A stretch of 64,000 nucleotides of DNA from Octopus vulgaris. Taxonomy: Eukaryota. Location of the stretch: assembly GCA_951406725.2 (NCBI GenBank), contig OX597838.1, positions 496,001 through 560,000 of the forward strand. Direction: 5' to 3'. Under the pieces are notes generated by a model. It was not told the DNA's origin. It made no database searches and saw nothing but the letters and a program-made list of their open reading frames with translations. This document shows, piece after piece, positions 23,979 through 37,407 of this stretch; within the stretch, counting starts at the first letter, position 1, and each line of letters begins with the position of its first letter. Both the position numbers and the translations under genes were made by a program.

Positions 23979-24794
23979 ATGTTTATATCTATATGTACAC
24001 ACACACACACACGTATATATATGAGGTCCCTCATCATCTGCTGTGACCATGTAGCATATTGTTGATCAACACAAGCCTCAACCCCAATTTTTTCTTAATT
24101 AAGGTGAAGCTTATAATTAAGTAAACTTAATTATTTACTCATATAATTCATCAACATCTCTGTTTTGATACAGCAAACTACCAGAACTTGAGTCCACTGT
24201 GCATTGAAGGTGGTGGTCATGGTGGTACTCTTGCTTCAAATCCTCACGTTTATTAGTATTGCACTGCAAATGGTATGAGGTAGCCTCTATGTGGCTGTTG
24301 AACCTTCTAGAAATAGTAGCAGAATCTCCTTCAAACCACACTCTTTCATCTTAAACAAATGACAGAAGGGATTGTGTAGTTTGGGGTTTACTATTTCTAA
24401 AGAAAGACAGGACAGTCATGGTTGGAATACATTTGACCACAGACCTGCTGGATCAGGCCTGACTTGGGGTTAATCAATGACACACCGTTCTTCTTTTCTA
24501 TATTGAATATAACAAGAGAAATATACAAACAGGAATCCCCCCCATCCATCTCTCCCCTCTCCGTCGCTCTTCCCCCTCTCTCTTCCCTCTACCATCAGCT
24601 ACAACATCTCCCTCAAGCTGGAGCAGTAACAACCTCATTAACCCCAAACACAGGGCTGAAATGTACAACATTAATGATATAAAAATAAAAGGTACAGGAC
24701 TATAACTGTTGTTCCCACCATGACCACCACCACTGCATCCATTACCAGAAACTACACAAAGACAAACCAGTCACTCTGCTAGAAGTATTCGTTT

Positions 24795-24984
24795 CAGATT
24801 TTGGCACAAGGCCAGCAATTTGGGAGGGAGTGGGTAAGCTGATTACATCAACCCCTGGTACTTATTTTATCAGCCTTGAAAGGATGAAGGGCAAAGTTGA
24901 CCACAGCAGGATTTGAACTCAAAACCTAAAGACATGAAATGTCACTAAGCATTTTGCCCTGCATTCTAGCGATTCTGCCAACTC
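24795..24984 (-). mobile_element. SINE family A
   Basis: ttttggcacaaggccagc...gaaaggatgaagggcaaagttgacc...gattctgccaactc. Confidence 0.75.
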
Positions 24985-25241
24985 AACACCGTGACTCTGC
25001 TAGAAACATCAGCCAAACCCCCTCAGATAAAAGCCTCACTATATGAACAAAAGACAGGATATGTTAAATAATGCAATCTTATATATCCCTAAATAGAGGG
25101 GATAGTCATGTTTGGATTGTTTTTAATTAGAGTTCTTCTCAATTAGTGTTGACCAGAGATTAAACAGCAACAATAACTAATCCCAAATAATTAATCATAT
25201 CAAAGCACCTATTTTGATTTATTTTGTATTTCTTTAATTAG

Positions 25242-25406
25242 GGGACATGTTGCAGACATTAACACCTCACCCTGAATACAAGCTGTTGATGGTGAAGAAG
25301 ACACCCCAGGTGTCCGAGAAGGTGGCAGCATATAACTCGGACACCTGGACGGGACTCTTGAAACACCTCAGACAAATGCAACTTGCAGACTCTGCAACAG
25401 ATGAAG
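25242..25406 (+). CDS. TUBD1: Tubulin delta chain, coding exon 3
   Basis: attag|GG GAC ATG; ...PHPEYKLL...TWTGLLKHLRQM...DEG; 165 nt, phase 1/1; donor G|gtaacc. Confidence 0.93.
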
Positions 25407-25457
25407 GTAACCATAGCAACAGTGTAGTTTCACTTCTTTGTTTACTTTTTTGTTTTA

Positions 25458-25525
<68 letters not shown>

Positions 25526-25528
<3 letters not shown>

Positions 25529-26299
25529 GGTGCATTCCAGAAGTTTACAGACACTTTAATGAGAGACATTAATTTCCAAGAAGTACAAAATTCTAATCCC
25601 TTTCAAATAAGATTCTTTGAACTTGTAATGTTCCAGCCACTTCTTGAAGGGCCCCATGGAGGTCCTCCAAAATGAAGGTGTCTTGGACCCTTGTCACAAC
25701 CTCCTTCATCTTCAAAATGTCTGCCCTTGAAGTTCACCTTCAGCTTTGAAAACAACCAAAAGTCACTCGGAGCAACTCTGGACCGTAAGTAGAGTGAGAG
25801 ACAGATTTGGTGCCCATCTCTGTCAAGTACTTGGTTACCTTGGCTAGAACCAGGGATTTGTGCATTATCCTGGTGCAGGTACTCTGTCCTTTTGCAATGA
25901 ATTCTCTTCCTGAACTCCTTCAAAACCTCCATAAAGTACTCTTTGTTGCATGCCTGACTAGAGGGAACCCATTGAATGTAGATAATGTCTCCGCTGTTGA
26001 AATGAGAATCATCATGAACTTCCTGGTGGACTTGCTTTGCCTCCCCTCTTGGGCCAGCTTGCAAATTGTCTTCACATCCCGATTGCATTTTGTAAACTAG
26101 TCAACTGTGACAAGCAACGCTTTGTAGGGTGTGTTCGAAATGCTGTTACAGCAGAGTCCCCTCGTTCAGTCTGGAATAGCAAAAGGTGGCAGGTCAGCTT
26201 ATTAGGTGTGTAGTAGTCTTATACTACAATTGCAATAATCTGGGACATTTATAACTACCTCTCCTACAAAATGTCTCAAAACTTCTGGAATGCACCTCA
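25526..26299 (-). mobile_element. Internally deleted mariner transposon with ~30-bp TIRs
   Basis: TIRs aggtgcattccagaagttt..agaca at both ends; transposase remnant LHQDNA...APSDFWLFSKLK...GRHF; TA after right end; inserted in (CA)n. Confidence 0.88.
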
Positions 26300-26862
26300 T
26301 ACACACATACACACACACACACACACACACATATATACATACATACATACATATCATCATTATCATCATCATCGTTTAACATCCGTTTTCCGTGCTAGCA
26401 CGGGTTGGATGGGGCACATGTATATATACATACATATAGATGTAGGTATGTACATATATGTATGTATATATGCATATATTTATGTATTATTTATATTATT
26501 ATATATATATCTATAATAATATAAATATATGCATATATACATACATATATGTACATACCTACATATATATGTATGTATATGTATGCTTGATTCTACACAG
26601 TCCTGATCCTTCTTGCCTCTCCTCACTCCTCACAATGCTGGTACCATTTCTTCAATGTTTTGCTTGGTTATAATGAGAAATGACTCTGATAAAAATAGCA
26701 TTATAATTTTTTAGGTCATTAAATTTTTACTCAACTGATCAATAGACCAATTGAACAAACCTCTCCATAACAAACTTATAACGACTACTGGAAACAGCTG
26801 TAAGTCAAATTTACTCTGATAAAGAAAAATATGTAATGACCATTGTTGATGCCTTAACTTGT

Positions 26863-26962
<100 letters not shown>

Positions 26963-27146
26963 CAAACAGCTTTCTGCATATTTTCCATTTTTTTAAACTT
27001 GCACTCATGAGGCTTTGATCAAGCTGAATCTGTAGATGAATATATTTGTCTCAGAACCAGGCCTGAGAAGGGAAGGGGGTGGACTGTGTGTTTTTGTTTG
27101 ACCTATATAAATGTTTGACTTCTTTCTTTTCCCCCTATATTTTCAG

Positions 27147-27553
27147 GCATCAATTGGTCCCTCTCTGTCAATGATGATGTCCCTAGAGGAGCTGCTGTGA
27201 AATATAATCGTTCATTGTCATCACTTTTGATGTTGCGTGGTGAACAGTTGGCCACAGCTGATACTGCGTTATTCCAAGATCAAAGACTTTACACTCCCTG
27301 GACACTTCCAGAGCTCAGTTTCACCAAATGGTACCAACCACGATCATTTCAGCATTATGACAAATCTGCTACTTTGGTGAGCAACAGTCAGATGACAGCC
27401 AAACCACTGGACCATGTGGTCAGTCGGGCCTGGGATATGTTCTCTGCCAAAGCCTTCTTTCATCAATATTGTGATTATGGACTCACTGCATCTGATTTCT
27501 TAGATTCTTTTGCTTGCTTGGAACAAATAATTGCTAATTATGCCAGTTTGTAA
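27147..27553 (+). CDS. TUBD1: Tubulin delta chain, coding exon 4 (stop)
   Basis: tttcag|GC ATC AAT TGG; ...KSATLVSNSQ...AWDMFSAKAFFHQY...LEQIIANYASL*; total CDS 1353 nt = 450 aa. Confidence 0.95.
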
Positions 27554-28497
27554 AGGATCACACAGAACTGTGAGTGTGGTGAGGGAATTGAGAGAGAGTT
27601 GTACAAGTGACAATCATCTCTCCCAACTGCATAGCTTTGGGTCTAATTCTTCAGTAAGGGGTTTCTACCATACTCTCATGTTGGCCAAAGCCTTGTTTAA
27701 CACCACCAACTGGTCCTTGTGTTCCTTTGGCCAAGGGTACTCTGTTGCTCCCCAGTTTAATACCATTACCTGGTTCTTGGGTGCCTTCAGTGGGGTTCCA
27801 TCTGTTGTTAAGTGTTGGAACCAGGTCAGCAGTTTGAAGGTAACTTTCTTCCTTCATTCTCTGAGTTACAAAAACCCTTAAAAAACAGTGATGGCAGCTG
27901 CCATGCCACCTCTTCCTGGGCCGAAATAGGATCAATGCAGTTTGACATACGTTTTTGTTGTATATAAACATCAAGTTGTGCTATTGAAAACGTTTGTAGA
28001 TGTATATTTCAAACTAATACCAACCTGTATGAAGAGGGGCAAATTTAGTTTAGGCCACCTGTTATGTTTGTTCTCATCACCTGATATACCTGACAGGAGT
28101 TTCTTTCGGTATCTATGTTGTTTTTTGAGACTTCACAGCTGTGAGACTTTCACCTGAGATAAATGCAAATTATTGCAATGTCTCTTTTTGAATAAGTTGC
28201 TGTGAAACATTTCATTGGTCTCTCCTCTTGTTGAATGGCCACCCAGCCTCATGGATTCTCGGTTTCCCCAAATACACTTCCCTCTTTATAGTAAACTTTC
28301 TTCCTCTTATAAATACATCCAGAATTATATATATATACATACACATCATCATCACTTAATGTCCATTGTCCAAGATGGCATGTGTTGGGCAGTTTGACCA
28401 GAGCTGGGGAGCTTCACCAGACTCCAGTCTGATTTGGCATAGTTTCTATGGCTAGATGCCATTCCTAACACCAACATATATATGTGTTTGTGTTTGT

Positions 28498-28790
28498 GAA
28501 GGCATGTGGCCCAGTGGTTTAGAGTGTTACACACATGATTGCTAGACAGTGGGTTCAATTCCTGGACCATGCAGCACATTGTGTTCTTGAGCAATACACT
28601 TCATTTCATGTTGCTCCAGTCCACTTAGCTGTAAATGGGTCACCCTGTGACAGACTAATCTTCCAATCTGGGGAGAACGTTGGCCTGCTCACCTAGCCAG
28701 TGGGGTGGCATCATTCAAAGGCTAAGACAGTGAAGTGCATTGTGACCAGTGATGAATAACATCAGATAGTCTAGTCAATACCGTGAGTTA
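28498..28790 (+). mobile_element. tRNA-derived SINE (family C) in putative TUBD1 3' UTR
   Basis: A box tggcccagtggt, B box gggttcaattcc, then core shared with the 21190 copy. Confidence 0.65.
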
Positions 28791-29002
28791 ACATGGGATC
28801 TCCTACCGACAATATAAACTTCATGTAATCAAGGTGTCCTTGGCCTGAAACATTTGTAGCCTGGATTTTATCTCCTCCATTTCCTAATTTTAGGATACTG
28901 TTTTGCACTTGCAGCTACCCCAGTTGCTAACTGTGAACTATAGAATAACTTTTTTCAGCTTATTGTCCTTCGATATGGGGAAAATTCTCAACCTTCTGTT
29001 TC

Positions 29003-29008
29003 AATAAA
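29003..29008 (+). terminator. Candidate poly(A) signal of TUBD1
   Basis: First AATAAA noticed downstream of the TUBD1 stop, followed by a T-rich tract. Confidence 0.35.
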
Positions 29009-29135
29009 CCACTATTGTTCCTGAAAGTTATTTTTTTAATATTTTCTGCTTGAAGCTGACTAACTTCCTACACCTTGACCCTTAGATCTTACCTTTACAT
29101 ATCTATATATGTCTATGTTCTCCTTGTACTTATAA

Positions 29136-29640
29136 TTACTCTTTCCAAGTGTGAAATCTTAAATGACTTCTGAGCCCTGAAAGGCATTTGAAGAGCTGAT
29201 CCCAAATATGGCTGCAGTGTCCCTTTTCAGCATTGGCTCCACGTCCCGTTCGTCTGTTATGAATATTCAAGTTCTTCTTCAATCCTCCACATGACTTGTA
29301 GGTTTCTTGACAGACATTGCATTGAAACTGGTCATCTGGAATGAAATTCCAATAGTTCATGTCCACCTGACCCACATGGCCATGCTGGTGCAATCTCGTA
29401 CTAGGGTGAAATATGCACACTTTTTACTTTTTCTGTCTAAAGAACATTTAAAGGAATGAGAAACTCTCATAACTCTTGATATTGATCTCATTTTTACAAA
29501 TTTTTCTTGTGGCTTCTGTTCTTCTTACTGACCACGATGCCATTATCTCAAAACATGTCCATCTGGGACATAGATCTCTTGGAGTAACATCTCTAAGCCA
29601 CATTCTAAGAAAACCACCAAGACCTTAAACGACTTCTTTA
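29136..29640 (-). pseudogene. Degenerate C2H2 zinc-finger fragment, probably a LINE C-terminus
   Basis: FQCNVCQETYKSCGGLKKNLNIH and FKCLSGLRSHLRFH; upstream W.RDV..RDL-like motif; no intact start or splice sites. Confidence 0.45.
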
Positions 29641-30080
29641 TTCTTTCTAACGCATAAATGTTGAACTATTTTGTTTTTATTCTGAAATGTGGTTATTAAC
29701 AATAATCTCTTTTGGCCAATAAAGAAAAGATTATTAACAATAATCTCCTTCCAATCATCTTTCTTTGACTTTCTTTTTGTCCTTGTTGGAATGAGATAGA
29801 CTCAGTTAGTGTCTTATCAAGACAGTCTCTGCCGAATATGTTAAACTCGTCAAAAATTAAACATGTGGCTGTGTGGCTAACAACAACACTTTGCAACTAT
29901 TTCATCTTAGGTTCAATCTCACTATACATCTTGGGACACAGGGCAGAGAGGACTCTATTAATGGGACACAGCACAAGTAGCTTCCTGATCCAAAATCAAG
30001 AAACTTTTCCTAAGTGTAATTTGTTGGAAACTATGAGGAAGTCGACTTGAGGTTTCACCACCACCAGTTGTAAAATCTAC

Positions 30081-30338
30081 TCTGCCCTGTGTCCCTTTAT
30101 TAGCGTCCTCTCTGCCCTGTGTCCCTTTAGTAGAGTCCTCTCTGCCCTGTGTCCCTTTAGTAGAGTCCTATCTGCCTTGTGTCCCTTTAGTAGAGTCCTC
30201 TCTGCCCTGTGTCCCTTTAGTAGAGTCCTATCTGCCCTGTGTCCCTTTAGTAGAGTCCTATCTGCCTTGTGTCCCTTTAGTAGAGTCCTCTCTGCCTTGT
30301 GTCCCTTTAGTAGAGTCCTCTCTGCCCTGTGTCCCTTT
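30081..30338. repeat. 30-bp minisatellite, 8.6 copies (tctgccctgtgtccctttagtagagtcctc)
   Basis: Contiguous near-identical units, no spacers; inverted partial copy at 29933-29971. Confidence 0.95.
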
Positions 30339-30455
30339 GTTATGTTTCTGTGGATCCCTTTGTACATTTGCATAAGTCAGTACTTCTCCCTGCCCCCTCC
30401 CAATTCTCTGCAAACACAAAGATAACAAAAGAGGCTAAAAGCAATGATTCATTAT

Positions 30456-30461
30456 TTTATT
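30456..30461 (-). terminator. Candidate distal poly(A) signal on minus strand (possibly MMP)
   Basis: AATAAA on minus strand followed by a GT/T-rich element (ttttagcctcttttgttatctttgtgtttg). Confidence 0.3.
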
Positions 30462-32092
30462 GCAGTCATTAATTAGGTTTACATATTTCTGTCTTTTTTT
30501 TTAATCTTTTAAACACTGTACTTCATACGTGATACAGTTACCTGGGTTCACCTCAACATTTGAGGTCAGCTCTTGCTGTAGATGTTGTTACCTTGTAATA
30601 CATTACAGCTGAACAGTCTGGAGTTCAATCCCTGACCACAGCACAATATAGCTAAGGGGTTAGGAACCACATAGCTAATACTGAGGTGTCAGGGACCCAC
30701 GTGGTTGATGTTTCTGTTTAATCTCTTTTTGTTTTTTAAGTATATTTTTTTAAAAATATTTTTTTCGTCCCAAGATGAAGTTTATTCAGAAACACGACAG
30801 ACTGATGCATAAATGTATAGAGGAGGACACACACACACACACGAAAGAAATATAACATAATATATATATCTATATAATGTCTATATATGTATACAAAGAT
30901 ATATAATATACAGATGTACAATATATATATATAGATAGATACATACAATTTACATACATTGTATATATGCAATCAGATATGAATATATATATGGTCATAT
31001 ATAAATATATATTACATTCATATGTAATTGACATATACACATCCATATAAATTTATATTCAAGGTATAATATATATACATATATATATAAACACACATGC
31101 ATGTGCACATATGCTTACATATACAGTATATGTGGGCGTCTTCTACTCTAGCCACAAGCAGACTGATGACTTTTGAGTGAATTTGGTCGACAGAAACTGT
31201 GTGGAAGCTTGTCGTGTGTGTGTGTGTGTGTGTGTGTTTGTACGTTCCCACCACTTGACAACTGGTGTTTATCTTTACATTCCTGAAAACTTAGCAGTTC
31301 GGCAGAAGAGGAAGAGAATAATGTATGCATATATTGATATACATGTGTATATGTGTGTGTATATGTGTTTGTTTATATATAGATATGTATAAATATATAT
31401 GTATGTTTATATGTATATATATTCATATATTTTACTTATATATACATATTTCTATATAATATATTAAACATATTTTAATATGTAATATATATATATGTGT
31501 GTGTTTGTGTGTGTATGTATATATATGTATGTGTAATATACAGACCATATTTGCATACTTATATATATACTTTTGGGTAGGTGTTTGTGTGTGAGGATTG
31601 GTTGAAAATAAACAGATTTTATAAGATATTGATGTGTGGGGTGGGAAGAGGACGAAGGAAAAGGTTTTATTTTTAAAAGTAAATTGTCTGGGGTTGGGGA
31701 TCTTGGATAAAGGGGTCATTTGGGATTGAACCTGTGTGGTTTGCAATTGAAAAATGTCTGCATTTATTTGATAGAATTAAAAATGAATTAAAAAAATAAT
31801 ATTGATATGGAACTTCACATTGATAGCAGATGTGATGTTGTGGTCTTCATGGCTTTCTTAAATGTATTAGCAACATAAGTGAAGCAATTCTTGTTGAGAA
31901 AGGAAACACCAATAATAATTATAATATTTGTTTCTCAAATAGGGACATGGCCTGAAATTTGGGGGACAGGGTGTTTGTCGATGCCCTCAACCCCACAAAC
32001 TGACTGCTTCTTTATTTTATCAACCCTGAAAAGATGAAAGGCAAAGTTGACCCTGGCTGGATTTGGACTCAGAAAAGTAAAGAGCCAGACTG

Positions 32093-32129
<37 letters not shown>

Positions 32130-32683
32130 CAAGTCACGTGTGGGTATAACATTGAATTTTAATGTAGACATTAAAAATGTCTTCCCCAAAACTAAGGCAG
32201 CACATTTATTAGGAGAGGAATGGGGTGAGAATGTGTGATATTCATGCCTTTCTCAGGGACATTAAGGTAAGCCAGACGATTGGATCCAAATGAAAGCCAG
32301 AATTTGTTTTATTGAAAAATGACTTCTTGTACTGTAGTAATCACATCAACTATAACAATAATAATAATAATGATTTCTTTATTAACCACAATAATAGTTA
32401 TAATAGTAATAATAATAATATTGTTAATGATAGCAATAATAATAATAATGATTTCTTTATTAACCTCAAGGGTATAATAATAATAATAATAATAATAGTA
32501 ATAATAATTTCTATTATTAGGACTGAAGGTTGGAGCCGGATATTAGTTGATTTCCTTGAGCCCGATTCTCAGCTAGTCTTTATCTTACTGACCCTGAGAG
32601 AATGAAAGGCAAAGTCAACCCCTGCAGAATTTGAAAACTGGAAGAAATGCCACTAAACATGTCTAGTGCAGTAATGATTCTGC

Positions 32684-32725
<42 letters not shown>

Positions 32726-33395
32726 GTCGTTTTTTTATGGTTTCTTGTAATATGGGAAAGCCATCATAAAGTAAATAAACATAATTACAAATAAAACACA
32801 AAAATAAAAATAACTTCGTCTGTGTATGACAAGTAAATAAGAATTTTGTGGTCTACATTAACGTCATCATCTGCACACACACATACACATACACAGTAAT
32901 ATGAATATACATACTTGTATATAATTTTGTATGCTTTATGTTTATTTCTTTTCAATCTCTTCCTTCTTCTCCTTCTCCTTCCTCTATACACTCTGTAATC
33001 TACATCCTCCTCTTTCACCTCCTCCACAGCTGGAGGGGAAACGGTAAGGAGTGGGTGGGGGGAATTCTTGTTGTTGTTGTTGTTCATTTCAGTCTTTGAA
33101 ATGAATTTGTCAAAATTAATGTGAAATTCTTCACATATTGTTATGGCTGTTATGTATTATCATTATTATTAATTTTATTATCATTTCAGTTCACACCTCA
33201 TCAATAACGGTTTTCTTTAATTTCTCCAATATTACATCAATTTGCATGTTTTGCGATCATTATGGATTCACAAAATTCAATCTGCTTTTCAACATGGAGC
33301 CAATATAATTATCACATTTATTATGGTCAGACATCTTTTTATTTTCATTTCAATGTTGTAAAGCACATCTAAATAGACATGCATATAACACACAC

Positions 33396-33437
<42 letters not shown>

Positions 33438-33825
33438 ATATCTCATCTCATTTGAAATTTCTTTCAATTTTGTTAATTTGGATTTCCTTCTTTTCTCAAT
33501 TTTTGTGTCATTTGATATGGTTTTAAAATTCTTCTTGAATTATTATTATTATTATTTTATGTCCATTTTATATCATTCTTATATGAATTCTTATTTATTT
33601 CAATTTATATGGTTTGTTATTGTATAATATCACTTTAATATGTATGATTCAAAATAGTTTTATGAGAATTTCAAGAATTAAATACCATTTTTATACAATG
33701 TTTGATATTTTAGGATAATTCAAAACTGTTGTATGTGTGTGTAAATTTATATATGTAAATATAAATGTATATCTATATCATCATCATCGTTTAACGTCCG
33801 TTCTCCATATAAATATATATATATT

Positions 33826-33890
<65 letters not shown>

Positions 33891-33958
33891 ATGTATATAT
33901 AAATGTATATATATTTATATATAAGTGTGTGTGTGTATATATATATATGTATAAATAA

Positions 33959-33992
<34 letters not shown>

Positions 33993-34146
33993 ATATGTAT
34001 ATATGTATATATAAATGTATATATATTTATATATAAGTGTGTGTGTGTATATATATATATATATGTATATACACATGTATATGTGTATATAAATATGTAT
34101 ATATATATAAATAACTGTGTATGTATATGTATATATATATATATAT

Positions 34147-34199
<53 letters not shown>

Positions 34200-34360
34200 G
34201 TTCATTATTCAGCTTTATACATTTTTGATTATTTTATATTGTTATATAATATTTTAATAGTGATACATATTTTTTTTTAGATCTGAGTATTGAATTGACA
34301 TCCTTTTTCTGATAACTTCTGAAGTTAGCCTTGTTATAAAACTTGTGTGTGTGTGTGCAC

Positions 34361-34394
<34 letters not shown>

Positions 34395-34419
34395 ACGTGT
34401 GTGTGCGTGTGTGTGTGTT

Positions 34420-34451
<32 letters not shown>

Positions 34452-35085
34452 CATAGACATACACACTCAGTTCCTTGGAAGCTTGTCAGTTGGGCTGCAT
34501 CTGTAATTTAAAGGGCCAGCTTTATCACCTGATTCTGGCTGTGGATTATATGAAGCCAGCCACATTTTAATATGAGAATATAATTTAGTTGATCGAAAAG
34601 GTGACTTAGTCACCATCGAAACCAGTGGAGAGCCATTTATATATATATATATATATATATACAGCCATGTCTTTATCCATCAACACACACACATTATATA
34701 TATATATACGCACATATATATAATCTGGTGTGTGTGTGTGTGTGTGTGCGTGTGTGTGTGTATGGTATTTATAGTTAAATCAGTTTTCATTGAATTCCTT
34801 TCTTTTAAAATTCCCCAGTTTCCGTTGTTTAGAGAAATAAAGAGAGGGTTTCACTGTAAGAAAGCTAAATTCCTCTTTAATCCATTGCGATGCAAAAAAA
34901 AGAAAATAAAAGCAAAATGAAATTCTTGGCAGGGAATAATTGTTGTTTTTGAATTAATAATATTTTTTTTTTGAGAAAAAATGCGAAAAGAGAATGCGAA
35001 AGATTGTAAAACAGGTCGCAACAACAACAAGAATGCCAAGAGCAACAATAGCGTGATTTGATAGTAAAGACAGCAGAGATGCGAG

Positions 35086-35330
35086 CTATAAGTATGAGGT
35101 GAGGAGAGAAAGAAGCACTAGATTTGGTAGTGCCATTAGAGAGTGGGCAGAGAAACCCTTTGAAGGAGTGGTCTCTTCATGGCTGGGTTTTGAAAATCCT
35201 ATGTTCTTTGGTGGTGTCTTGCACTGCATCCAACGTTCGGAATTATTGCCAGTTGGTTGTTTTGTCTTCACACGCATTTGACTGTCTAGGAATTCCCAAT
35301 AATGTTTGCCTTTTATGAAATATGTCTTTC
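35086..35330 (-). CDS. Matrix metalloproteinase, last exon (hemopexin repeat 4 and GPI-type hydrophobic tail)
   Basis: ttacag|GA AAG ACA TAT; GKTYFIKGKHYWEF...WMQC...SKGFSAHSLMALPNLVLLSLLTSYL* (TAG at 35086). Confidence 0.9.
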
Positions 35331-35490
35331 CTGTAACAGAGAACATCACCATCATCATCATCATCATGAAAAGTATCATCAACATCATCATCAATATTAC
35401 CTAAAATTTGTTATCCAGATTATTATTATTATTATTATTATTACTATTATTATTATTATTATTACTATTATTATTATTATTATTATTATT

Positions 35491-36014
35491 GAGTGAAAGA
35501 GCAGTGCATGCCATCAAAGTGACACTGGGATTAAAATATACGAAGCCCAGTATACCCATCGTGACTACCCGTCTAATAAGAGTACATCAGGCACATGCAT
35601 GACAACCATACGTGCGCGACATAGTGATCTCATATCAAGATAAACAGCGCATGACCTTGCAGGTGGGGCCCAGTTAGAATTTCCTTCTGGTCGAGTAGCC
35701 CATCTCACTCAAAAGGTCCCTGAATAAGGATTAAGGATGTTGAATGAAACACCCATGTTTCCAAAGGTGAGATATCCAAACCCCAAAGAATCCCTCTCAA
35801 CACATGGCTATGATGCTCCCCCACTACTTCTGCTCGTGATCAAAGATGCACATATCGTCAGCCACTAAAGGACATGCTCAACTGGTTAAGGTCAAACGAC
35901 TGACAAGTAAATCTGTGGCACTGAGCAGAATATTTGCTGTAGCCCATCTTTTATACCAAGACTACATGATAACACTTCCAATCAGTAAAGATCAGAAGCC
36001 ATGAGAGCCACTGG
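35491..36014 (+). mobile_element. ~520-bp (ATT)n-associated interspersed element, copy 1 (strand arbitrary)
   Basis: Homologous along its length to 45028-45563 in opposite orientation; embedded in (ATT)n. Confidence 0.85.
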
Positions 36015-36065
36015 TTATTATCATTATTATTATTATCATTATTATAATTATTATTATCATTATTA

Positions 36066-36100
<35 letters not shown>

Positions 36101-36864
36101 GCTGACAAGCAAATCAGTGGTATTGAGCAGAATATTTGTATTATTATTATTATCAACATCATCATCATCATAATAAGGATGATGATGATGATGATGATGA
36201 CAGTGTTGATTCCTCAGAACATAAAACAGACAAAATGCTTAGCAGCATTTTGTCTGGCATGATAATGATTCTGCCAGCTCACCACCTATAACAATAATAA
36301 TAACAATAATAATAATAATAATCATATTCTCGTTATTAACAATGGTTTCTATCTTCAACAGACCCTTTTACCCACCCACACCAGTGTAGGAGGTAATAAA
36401 TTTAATTAAATTTGTTAATCATGCAGTCCAGTCTGTATTCACAGCTGTGTGGAGTAGATTTCACCAGTTTTAAGAGGGAGTTGCAAGTTCAATCCAGGAG
36501 GATTCATTTACACTTCATGCTCCTGAAGTGTTGGGAGACAGACTTCAGGTGTAACTACCTGGGGTCCTTGAGTATCTTTAACAGAATCCACTCTTTTGCA
36601 GTCTGTTAAGCCAGATGCTATATCTGAGAAAAATGTTGGCCATTTCTTCCCCGAGAGTCTTTGGAAGCCTGGAAGGAGTCTTGGGTCCAAAGACTGCTTT
36701 GGCACAGTTTCTATGGCTGGATGCCTTTCCACTTTACAAACTGATCTAGCGACCTCCCTTTTTTGTGGCACTAGCTCTAGCGATGCCATGCAGCCAAAAT
36801 AGAGGAGCCACATGGCCTCCTAGAAGCACTTCTTGTAGAAGTCATAAAAGAGTTCTTAACTTAC

Positions 36865-37137
36865 CATCATTAAACTGGAAAGCTGCATCAAGTGGTGTTG
36901 GGACTCCTTGCCAAATTTTCATATCTCGTGGGTAGTCATAGACAACATAATTTTCGTTCTCGTCAAACTTCCAGTACATATCGTCACTGACCAGGTAAGT
37001 ACGTTTGTTGTAGCTCCAGGTGAAAGCTGCATCGATCTTCTTTAGGTCTGCTGGCAGACCAAGCTCTGTCAAGGGTCGGCCTTCAATGGGCCAAGCTTTC
37101 TCCATATGATTGGCATCATACAACCAGTACTTGTTAC
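36865..37137 (-). CDS. Matrix metalloproteinase, hemopexin exon
   Basis: ttacag|...|gtaagt; 273 nt; GNKYWLYD...GLPADLKKIDAAFTWSYNKRTYLVSDDMYWKFDE...YPRDMKIWQGVPTPLDAAFQ. Confidence 0.93.
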
Positions 37138-37268
37138 CTGTAATAAAAAACAATCATTGATAAGAAAAATTTTCAGGTAATTGAGAAGGAATTTACTCAA
37201 TTCTAAAGAAAAAGAAGCAGAAAAATACATTTCATTGGGAATTTTAAAAACTTGTTAATTTGCCTCAC

Positions 37269-37407
37269 CTTTGAAGAACATAATTTTGGAACCTTTCTTC
37301 CGTTCAAAGACAGCATCAACACTATCTTCCGGGTAGTTGTACCAAAACTGTGTTATTAGTATTGGAGAACTGTCTTTCATGCCTCCAGACTCCCAACGCC
37401 AGAAATA
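37269..37407 (-). CDS. Matrix metalloproteinase, hemopexin exon
   Basis: gaccag|...|gtgagg; 139 nt; YFWRWESGGMKDSSPILITQFWYNYPEDSVDAVFERKKGSKIMFFK. Confidence 0.9.

Noticed and set aside
30077-30425. CRISPR array or repeat-protein gene (KGHRAERTLL)n
   Set aside because: Units are contiguous with no unique spacers and the context is eukaryotic; ORFs arise because the stop-free unit is a multiple of 3
34590-34635. Hairpin GGTGAC-tta-GTCACC followed by GAAAC
   Set aside because: No upstream CUGANGA core or stem I
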